Shown here: piece after piece, positions 7,995-16,374 of the stretch
Layout: every line of letters begins with the position of its first letter
Numbering within the stretch: position 1 is the stretch's first letter
Program-made: the position numbers and the translations under genes
The notes under the pieces: model-generated
Told to the model about the DNA's origin: nothing
The model's database searches: none
What the model saw: only the letters and a program-made list of their open reading frames with translations
IMG/VR virus record: IMGVR_UViG_3300020182_000020
DNA from: a virus
Strand: one strand, 5' to 3'
Length of the DNA stretch: 21,452 bases

Positions 7995-9322
7995 TGACGT
8001 CAGCTAAAGATTTTTTTGAAAAACATCGATGGGTTTATTTAAACGATACAGTCGCTAATGAAGATTGTAAAATTTTAACCGAACATATGTTTACCTTGTT
8101 TGAACAAGGTAAGACTACTAAAGACGACCAATGCCCTCTTTCTGATTCTATTTACGGAGATGAAACCCTTGACAAAATTTGCCAAGAATTGTCCGGACCT
8201 TTAAGTCAACAATTAGGAGTTGAACTTCTCCCCACATACACTTATGCCAGAATATACAGAACGGGAGAAGTTTTGCAACGGCATTCAGACAGACCTTCTT
8301 GCGAAATTTCAGGTACAATGACTCTAGGACTTGCAGAGAACAGTAATATCTGGCCTATTAATTTCGCAAAGGATGAAGATGATCTTCTGGGAGAAAGATT
8401 GTCTATAGGTGTTGGAGATTTGGTAATGTATCGGGGTTGTGAATTACCTCACTGGCGCCCAAAATACAAAGGGGAATGGCAGGTTCAGGTTTTCTTTCAT
8501 TTTGTAGACGCTAATGGGCCACACAAAGATTATGTTTATGATGGCAGACCTAAAATGGGTATTCAAAAAGGGACTGCTACACAAGGTAAAAAATCATTTC
8601 TTGACCCCGAAACTGTTGCACTTGAGCAAGGCGCAGAGCAACCACAACAAGAATTAATTGAAAATCCAGTACAAAAGTTTGCACTTCCTCAATCACAAAG
8701 TATTTTCGGCGGATTGATGATAAGAACTTGTGATAATTTGTTTCCTGGTTTCATCAATTTTAGTAGTCAATTTAATCCACAATTTACGTTTACACCAGAA
8801 GAATGCGCTAAAATTATTTCTGATAATGCAAGTCAACATTATGGTGAAAAATCAACTGTTGGGTCTGACAGCAATAGAGCATATAGACCTGAGACTCGAG
8901 AGGTTGAAACATATTCAATTGATTTGAATGAAAACACAGCTTGGATATTTAATAAAATCGCTGCAGCTGTCGGAACTGCTAATGCGGAATTCTTTCGATT
9001 TAATCTTTTAGGTATAACGCACTCTTTGCAGCTGTTACATTATAAAGGTGAAGATCAATCTCATTATGACTGGCATATCGACGCAGGACCTGAGTCTAGC
9101 GCTACTCGAAAGATATCTGTTTCAATACCACTAACGCCAGAAACAGAGTATGAGGGCGGTGTTCTTGAGGTTAATTCAAACGGTGTTATGATGCAAGCAA
9201 CAAAGGAACAAGGATCAATTGGTATGTTCCCGAGCTTTTGTCTTCACCGAGTTACTCCTGTAACAAAAGGAGAGCGTTGGGTCATTGTTATTTGGATCAA
9301 TGGTCCAGACAGATTCAAATAA
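7994..9322 (+). CDS. Tandem two-domain 2OG-Fe(II) oxygenase (prolyl-hydroxylase-like)
   Basis: Domain 1: YARIY..GEVLQRHSDRPSCEIS...GDLVMYRGCELPHWR (HxD...H). Domain 2: HYDWHIDAG...RKIS...YEGG...FPSFCLHRVTPVTKGER (HxD...H...R, PKHD-type). Joined by a Q/E/P-rich linker. Confidence 0.88.
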   Translation: MTSAKDFFEKHRWVYLNDTVANEDCKILTEHMFTLFEQGKTTKDDQCPLSDSIYGDETLDKICQELSGPLSQQLGVELLPTYTYARIYRTGEVLQRHSDRPSCEISGTMTLGLAENSNIWPINFAKDEDDLLGERLSIGVGDLVMYRGCELPHWRPKYKGEWQVQVFFHFVDANGPHKDYVYDGRPKMGIQKGTATQGKKSFLDPETVALEQGAEQPQQELIENPVQKFALPQSQSIFGGLMIRTCDNLFPGFINFSSQFNPQFTFTPEECAKIISDNASQHYGEKSTVGSDSNRAYRPETREVETYSIDLNENTAWIFNKIAAAVGTANAEFFRFNLLGITHSLQLLHYKGEDQSHYDWHIDAGPESSATRKISVSIPLTPETEYEGGVLEVNSNGVMMQATKEQGSIGMFPSFCLHRVTPVTKGERWVIVIWINGPDRFK

Positions 9323-9330
9323 TATAGATA
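9323..9330 (+). promoter_or_regulatory. Possible variant late promoter TATAGATA
   Basis: One mismatch to TATAAATA, directly after the upstream stop and only 5 nt before the likely g16 ATG; would give an almost leaderless transcript. Confidence 0.35.
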
Positions 9331-9335
9331 TTATA

Positions 9336-9716
9336 ATGAGCGATAAAGAAAATATAAAAACCGACTACGAGACTTCGAGAGACACTTATCTCGAGCTTAT
9401 CGAAGGAGGCAAGAGATCTCTAGACTTAATGATAGAAGTCGCTCGAGAGAGCGAGCATCCGCGCGCGTTCGAGGTATTATCAGGGATGATTAAGAATGTC
9501 GCGGATGTAACTGATAAGTTAATGGACCTGAATAAAAAACACAAAGATATTCAGAAAGAAGACAAACCAGAACAAAGACAGATTACTAATAATAATGTAT
9601 TCCTAGGAAGTACAACAGACTTGCAACGTTTTTTACAAAGCGAAGAAAAAGTGATTGGTCCAGAAAACGTTGATAAACCACTTTTTTTGGATCCAGAAAG
9701 CGTTGAGAAAAAATGA
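9336..9716 (+). CDS. g16: Terminase small subunit (T4 gp16-like)
   Basis: DYETSR..Y..LIE.G...A.ESEHPRAFEV...ITNNNVFLGSTTDLQ is the T4-like gp16 signature. ATG at 9336 preferred over the overlapping TTG at 9285. ATGA overlap with g17. Confidence 0.92.
   Translation: MSDKENIKTDYETSRDTYLELIEGGKRSLDLMIEVARESEHPRAFEVLSGMIKNVADVTDKLMDLNKKHKDIQKEDKPEQRQITNNNVFLGSTTDLQRFLQSEEKVIGPENVDKPLFLDPESVEKK
9657..9710 (+). repeat. Imperfect 21-nt direct repeat (18/21) at the 3' end of g16
   Basis: GGTCCAGAAAACGTTGATAAA (9657-9677) and GATCCAGAAAGCGTTGAGAAA (9690-9710), 33 nt period, encoding GPENVDK / DPESVEK. Confidence 0.7.
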
Positions 9717-11314
9717 ATGATACCTACCTTGGCAATATCAATATTAAACGCGATGGTATTGTACAAGAATGGACCAAACATGAAATAAGAGAATATGCTA
9801 AGTGTATGCAGTCTCCTGTTTACTTTGCTCTTAATTATGTTAAGATCATATCTCTTGACAGGGGGTTGGTCCCATTCGGATTATACCCCTACCAAGAGAA
9901 GATGTTTGATCATTTCAACGATAACCGTTTTAGCATCGTTCTCGCTTGTCGTCAGTCTGGCAAGTCTATTTCTTCTGTAGTTTATATTCTTTGGTATGCT
10001 CTTTTTCACCCAGAAAAAACAATTGCTGTTTTGGCCAACAAAGGTGCTACAGCAAGGGAGATGTTAGCGCGTGTTACATTGGCTCTCGAAAATTTACCAT
10101 TCTTTTTACAGCCTGGATGCAAAGCTCTTAACAAAGGTTCCATCGAATTTTCAAACAACAGCAGGATTATTGCTGCAGCTACTTCTGGATCTAGTATTCG
10201 TGGTATGTCTGTCAATCTTCTGTTTCTTGACGAGTTTGCTTTTGTGGAACGTGCTGGGGAATTTTATACTTCAACTTATCCAGTAATTTCTGCGGGTAAA
10301 GACACCAAAGTCATTATCACCTCAACCGCAAACGGTATTGGCAATACGTTTCATAAAATTTGGGAAGGGTCGGTTCAGGGCGTTAATGAGTTTAAAAATT
10401 TCCGCGTTGATTGGTGGGATGTTCCAGGGCGAGATGAAACTTGGAGAGAACAAACCGTCGCTAACACCAGCACGTTGCAGTTTGATCAGGAATTTGGAAA
10501 TACTTTTTTTGGAACAGGGGATACTCTAATAAACGCAGAGACCCTCTTGTCTTTACGATCTCGAGAGCCTCTGCGGGTCTTAGAGGGCGGTCTGTTATTA
10601 GTTTATTCAGAACCTGCTAGCAAGCACGAGTACATCATGACCGTTGATGTCTCGAAAGGAAGAGGTCAGGACTATTCTACGTTCACCGTCATTGACATTT
10701 CGACACGCCCTTTTACACAAGTGGCAGTATATCGGAACAATACTATCTCTCCAATACTCTTCCCTGATATTATCTATAAGTATGCAAAAGTATATAACAT
10801 GGCATATGTTGTTATAGAATCTAACGATCAAGGAACCGTGGTCTGCAATGGGCTCTATCATGATTTAGAATATGAAAATGTACATGTCGAATCCGCTATC
10901 AAAGCAAACGCAATCGGTATAGAGATAACTCGTAAATCAAAGCGTCTCGGTTGTTCCGGTATAAAAGATCTCTTAGAAGAATCCAAACTGAATATTGTTG
11001 ATGAAAATACTATTCTTGAAATATCGACTTTTGTAGCAAAGGGTCAATCGTATGAAGCCAGTGAGGGTAATCACGATGATCTGATGATGAATTTAGTTAT
11101 GTTTGGTTACTTTTGCACTAGCAATATGTTTGCAGATATGACAGACATCAACCTTAAACAAATGTTATTTGACGAAAAGATGAAAGCGATTGAAGATGAT
11201 GTTGTTCCATTTGGGTTTATTGACGATGCAGAAGAGCAAATACAACGTTATGAAATGACTCGAGAAGATAGAATGGCGTCTGACTGGGAAATATTTGATG
11301 TTGCTAAGTTGTAA
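9713..11314 (+). CDS. g17: Terminase large subunit (T4 gp17-like)
   Basis: Walker A RQSGKS, Walker B LLFLDEFAFV, coupling motif ITSTANG, nuclease motifs TVDVSKGRGQDYS and HDDL. Confidence 0.97.
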   Translation: MNDTYLGNINIKRDGIVQEWTKHEIREYAKCMQSPVYFALNYVKIISLDRGLVPFGLYPYQEKMFDHFNDNRFSIVLACRQSGKSISSVVYILWYALFHPEKTIAVLANKGATAREMLARVTLALENLPFFLQPGCKALNKGSIEFSNNSRIIAAATSGSSIRGMSVNLLFLDEFAFVERAGEFYTSTYPVISAGKDTKVIITSTANGIGNTFHKIWEGSVQGVNEFKNFRVDWWDVPGRDETWREQTVANTSTLQFDQEFGNTFFGTGDTLINAETLLSLRSREPLRVLEGGLLLVYSEPASKHEYIMTVDVSKGRGQDYSTFTVIDISTRPFTQVAVYRNNTISPILFPDIIYKYAKVYNMAYVVIESNDQGTVVCNGLYHDLEYENVHVESAIKANAIGIEITRKSKRLGCSGIKDLLEESKLNIVDENTILEISTFVAKGQSYEASEGNHDDLMMNLVMFGYFCTSNMFADMTDINLKQMLFDEKMKAIEDDVVPFGFIDDAEEQIQRYEMTREDRMASDWEIFDVAKL

Positions 11315-11325
11315 TTTGTTGAATT

Positions 11326-11333
11326 TATAAATA
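11326..11333 (+). promoter_or_regulatory. T4-type late promoter TATAAATA for g18-g19
   Basis: Exact consensus in the g17-g18 gap; AAGGA Shine-Dalgarno before the ATG at 11401. Confidence 0.9.
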
Positions 11334-11400
11334 AAACCGTATATTGAAAATTCTTATTATGCGACCTTATAATAAATTTTAACGAGAGAAGGACACAACT

Positions 11401-13200
11401 ATGGCACTCTTTACTCCTAGTTTGTCTCCAGCAATTACCGTCAGAGAGATCGATTTAACAGGAACTGTTCCTAATATATCATCTACCACTGGCGCGTTTG
11501 TTGGAGATTTTAGGTGGGGCCCAATCGATGAAGCAATTTTAGTCGGCAATGAAACCGAACTAGTAAATGCTTTTGGGGCGCCCACTCAAACCGGAGCTGT
11601 TGATTTCTTATCAGCTTCAAGTTTTTTACGTTATTCGAATAGTCTCTATGTAGTCAGAGTAGCAACAACAGCAGCGTATAACGCAATTGATTCTGCTGGC
11701 GCCGAACCTGCAGCATCGACTACTTTGGTAAAAAACGTTACCGATTTTAACTCGCAAAAAGGCACGCTTGAGGCAAGCCCTTCTATTAACTTTATTGGTA
11801 AATGGGCGGGCGATGCAGCCAACTCGTTAAAAGTTTCTATTTGTGCAGCTGTGGATTCTAGCGGAGCCGCAGCTCATACGCTTGGATGGGATACGTGGGC
11901 TTATAAGTCAAATTTCGACACGCCGCCTGGGACTTCGCCTTTTGTGCAAGATCTTGGGGGATCTTTTGACGAGTGTCATGTTGCAATCATCGATTCTGAT
12001 GGAACCTTCTCTGGAACCAAAGGTACAGTTCTAGAAACGTTCGAATATGTATCTTTAGCGTCAGACGCTAAAACGACCGATGGAACTACTAATTTTATCC
12101 GAGACGTAATTAACAACGGATCAAACTATGTTTGGGCAGTTGGGGAAGGTGCGGCGCTAGCAGCTAATGGCGCGAATACTGCAGCTGTAAACACTAACTA
12201 CAGAGATTCTGCACAGGGTCTTAATAATGCGACAAAGCTAGTCGATTTTACTCTAGGAAGTGGTACAAATACGGGCGCTTTGCAGCCAACTCAATATGCT
12301 TCTGGATTTGGTGACGGCGGCTTTGATTTGTTCGATGACGCAAATACCATTACAGTTGATTTTTTAATCGCTCCTGGATTAGCTGGCATAGAAGACCAAA
12401 CTACAATCGTTAATTACTTAACAGGAATTGTCGCTGCAGCTGATGGTCGTAAAGACGCTGTTGTTGTAACTTCTCCACACAGAAACGGAATTGTCAACGC
12501 AACTCCTGGTAACGCAGTTACGGCATCTTCAAGTCTTTCGAAAGCAGTAACTAAGTCCTCTTATGTGATTATGGACAATAATTACTTAAAGGTTTATGAC
12601 AAATACAATGATCAGTATGTATACATTCCGGCGGCAGCTTCAACAGCTGGATTGATGGCAGGTACTGATGCTGCTGCAGGTCCGTGGTATTCACCAGCAG
12701 GACAACGCAGAGGATTGTATTACGGAGTGACCGGTCTGGCGTATAATGCTACAAGGTCGCAACGCGACACGTTGTATTCACAAGGGGTTAACCCAATTGT
12801 TAACCTTCCTGGTCAAGGAGTTATGCTTTACGGCGATAAAACTTTAGAAGCTAGGCCGACCGCATTTAACCGCATTAATGTACGAAGGTTGTTCTTAGTT
12901 GTAGAGAGAGCAATCAAAGCAGCAGCAAGAAACGTCTTGTTTGAATTCAATGATGAATTTACTCGAGCTGAGTTTGTTAATATTGTTGAACCTTTCTTGA
13001 GAGAGATTCAGGGTCAGCGAGGTATTACAGACTTCCGAGTGCTTTGTGACGAAACAAACAATACTGCTGCTGTCATTGATGCTAACCGATTTGTAGCGAG
13101 TATCTTCATCAAACCAGCACGTTCTATCAACTACATTACGCTTAACTTTGTAGCTGTTCGAACTGGTGTCGAGTTTGAAGAAGTCGTTGGCTCAGTTTAA
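11401..13200 (+). CDS. g18: Contractile tail sheath protein (T4 gp18-like)
   Basis: SPAITVREIDLT, F.WGP, PWYSPAG..RG, YGDKT, FNRINVRRLF, FEFNDEFTR, IKPARSINYITLNFVAVRTG. Confidence 0.97.
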   Translation: MALFTPSLSPAITVREIDLTGTVPNISSTTGAFVGDFRWGPIDEAILVGNETELVNAFGAPTQTGAVDFLSASSFLRYSNSLYVVRVATTAAYNAIDSAGAEPAASTTLVKNVTDFNSQKGTLEASPSINFIGKWAGDAANSLKVSICAAVDSSGAAAHTLGWDTWAYKSNFDTPPGTSPFVQDLGGSFDECHVAIIDSDGTFSGTKGTVLETFEYVSLASDAKTTDGTTNFIRDVINNGSNYVWAVGEGAALAANGANTAAVNTNYRDSAQGLNNATKLVDFTLGSGTNTGALQPTQYASGFGDGGFDLFDDANTITVDFLIAPGLAGIEDQTTIVNYLTGIVAAADGRKDAVVVTSPHRNGIVNATPGNAVTASSSLSKAVTKSSYVIMDNNYLKVYDKYNDQYVYIPAAASTAGLMAGTDAAAGPWYSPAGQRRGLYYGVTGLAYNATRSQRDTLYSQGVNPIVNLPGQGVMLYGDKTLEARPTAFNRINVRRLFLVVERAIKAAARNVLFEFNDEFTRAEFVNIVEPFLREIQGQRGITDFRVLCDETNNTAAVIDANRFVASIFIKPARSINYITLNFVAVRTGVEFEEVVGSV

Positions 13201-13213
13201 GGAGAAGTAAAAA

Positions 13214-13741
13214 ATGGCAATTTTAGGAGTCGATGACTTTAAAGCAAAAATGACTGGGGGTGGTGCTCGTCCGAATTTATTTCAGGCGACCATCAACTTT
13301 CCTGGATACGCAGGAGGAGATGTCGAACTGACTTCTTTTATGTGTAGAACAGCACAACTTCCTGGTTCAACAGTAACACCAATTATCGTTCCTTTTCGTG
13401 GTCGTCAGTTAAAAGTGGCTGGCGATAGAACTTTCGAAGACTGGCCAGTAACGTGTTTCAACGATACTGATTTTAGTGTTCGGGATGCAATGGAAAGGTG
13501 GATGAATGGGATCAATCAGCATAGTGCGAATACTGGATTAGTAAATCCAGTTGATTACCAAGCTGATATGTTTGTTGATCAGTTGGACAAAGACGGTTCT
13601 GTAATTAAAAGATATAATTTCAGAGGAGCTTTTCCCACATTAGTTGGTCCAATTAGTTTAGACTATGAATCAAACGACCAGATAGAAATATTTGAAGTAA
13701 ACTTCACTTATCAATACTGGGAATCAAATACAACAACTTAA
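13214..13741 (+). CDS. g19: Tail tube protein (T4 gp19-like)
   Basis: GGARPNLF, LPGS, PFRGRQLKVAGDRTFEDW, NDTDF; position after the sheath gene; GGAG Shine-Dalgarno. Confidence 0.96.
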   Translation: MAILGVDDFKAKMTGGGARPNLFQATINFPGYAGGDVELTSFMCRTAQLPGSTVTPIIVPFRGRQLKVAGDRTFEDWPVTCFNDTDFSVRDAMERWMNGINQHSANTGLVNPVDYQADMFVDQLDKDGSVIKRYNFRGAFPTLVGPISLDYESNDQIEIFEVNFTYQYWESNTTT

Positions 13742-13747
13742 TTGTTG

Positions 13748-13755
13748 TCTAAATA
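13748..13755 (+). promoter_or_regulatory. Probable variant late promoter TCTAAATA for g20
   Basis: One mismatch to consensus, in the g19-g20 gap, abutting the hairpin. Confidence 0.55.
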
Positions 13756-13757
13756 AC

Positions 13758-13788
13758 TGGGACTCCTTTCGGGGAGTCCCATTATTTA
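13758..13788 (+). terminator. UUCG-loop hairpin, probable (leaky) intrinsic terminator after g19
   Basis: TGGGACTCCT-TTCG-GGGAGTCCCA (10-bp stem with one G:U pair) followed by TTATTTA, a weak U-tract. Confidence 0.75.
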
Positions 13789-13803
13789 CCACAGGAAACA
13801 CAA

Positions 13804-15460
13804 ATGGCTGATAACGACGATAGAAATATTCTTAAATTATTTGGTTTTGAATTAAAGCGAAAGTCGAAAGTTGACCGTGATATTCAGAAATTGCCGTCTG
13901 TTGTGCCTCCCACCGACGATGACGGGGCAGGATATGTAACGGCTGCGGGAAGTCATTACGGCCAGTATTTAAACATGGATGGCGATGGGTCCAAAGATAA
14001 CCATCAACTTATTTTAAAATATCGCGGTGTTGCAATGCAACCCGAGGTTGATATGGCAATTGAAGAAATTGTCAACGAAGCGATATGTCATAGCACAGAT
14101 GAACAAAACGTGGACATTACTTTAGACAAAGTAGAAGCGCCTAATAATATTAAGAAACAAATCAAAGAAGAATTTGATAATATCGTTTCGATGTTAGACT
14201 TTAATAATTTAGGTCATGACATTTTTAGATCTTGGTATGTGGACGGTAGGCTTTACCATCATTTGTTGGTAAATGAAGCAAACCTTAAAGCGGGTATTCA
14301 AGAAATACGACACATTGATTCTTCTAAAATTAGAAAGGTCAAAAAAATAAAGAAAAAGGAAGACCCTAAGACAGGAGCACACATAGTAACTTCTGTAGAA
14401 GAATTTTATATTTTCGAAGAAAAACCTGGATTGAGCAGCAGCGGTGTCCGCCTTTCTCCAGACTCCATCAATTATGTTACTTCTGGTTTATTAGACGAAA
14501 GAAAACAAAAAGTACTGTCATATCTACACAAAGCGCTAAAGCCAATCAATCAATTACGTATGATGGAAGATTCTTTGGTTATCTATCGGCTTGCGCGCGC
14601 ACCCGAGCGAAGAATCTTTTATATAGATGTTGGCAATATGCCGCGCGGCAAGTCAGAACAATATATGAAAGACATTATGACTCGCTACAGAAACAAATTG
14701 GTATATGATGCAGATACCGGTAATCTTAAAGATGACAGGAAACACATGTCAATGCTCGAAGATTTTTGGTTACCTCGTCGAGAAGGTGGTAGAGGTACTG
14801 AAATATCTACACTTCCAGGTGGCGATAATCTTGGACAGATCGACGATATTATTTATTTTCAAAAAAGGTTATATCGCAGCTTAAACGTTCCGATTCAAAG
14901 GCTCGAACAAGAAACACAATTTTCTCTTGGCAGATCAACAGAGATTACTCGGGATGAAGTTAAATTCCAGAAATTTATTGACCGACTTCGACAAAAATTC
15001 GCTAATGTGTTCCTTTATGTCCTAGAAAAACAATTAATTCTTAAGGGCATTATAACAAAAGAAGATTGGGATACGTGGAAGACAGACATTATTGTTGACT
15101 ATGTTAAAGACAATCACTTTACCGAATTAAAAGATATGGAGATACTTCGGGAACGTTTACAAACGTTGAACGAAGCGCAACCTTATATCGGTGATTTCTT
15201 CTCTAAAGAATATATTTCTAAGAAAATTCTAATGATGTCTGACGAAGATATTAAAGAAATGAAGAAACAGATTGATGATGAAGAAAAGAGCGGGGATTTG
15301 CCTGATCCAGACGCGGAAGAAGCTCCTGCTCAACCTCCTGCGCCAACGCCTGTAACGGTAGTTGAACCAGAAACTGCAACTAAAGAACCTAAAGAAAAAT
15401 ATGTGCCTTCTCATGAGGATGAACTTACTGAAGAATTAACAAGGTATATGGCGCGTCTCA

Positions 15461-15474
<14 letters not shown>
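13804..15474 (+). CDS. g20: Portal vertex protein (T4 gp20-like) with C-terminal extension
   Basis: WYVDGR, SYLHKA.KP.NQLRMMEDSLVIYRLARAPERRIFYIDVGNMP, EDFWLPRREGGRGTEISTLPGG, ITRDEVKF. Confidence 0.98.
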
Positions 15475-16300
<826 letters not shown>

Positions 16301-16304
16301 TTCT

Positions 16305-16312
16305 TATAAATA
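16305..16312 (+). promoter_or_regulatory. T4-type late promoter TATAAATA
   Basis: Exact consensus in the intergenic gap; GAGGA Shine-Dalgarno before the ATG at 16375. Confidence 0.9.
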
Positions 16313-16374
16313 AACGTAATATTTACTTTCTTTGTCATGTATATTTGATCAATTAAAAAAACGAGGACATTTAA

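Noticed and set aside
8597-8617. FLDPETV in the oxygenase linker matching FLDPESV at the gp16 C-terminus (9684-9704)
   Set aside because: Seven residues with different codons and no plausible link; most likely chance.
9285-9335. Longer TTG start for g16
   Set aside because: Overlaps the oxygenase gene by 38 nt and adds non-conserved-looking residues; ATG 9336 fits better.
11401-13741. Bacterial contractile injection system or tailocin (sheath + tube)
   Set aside because: Flanked by T4-type terminase and portal genes with T4 late promoters; this is a phage tail.
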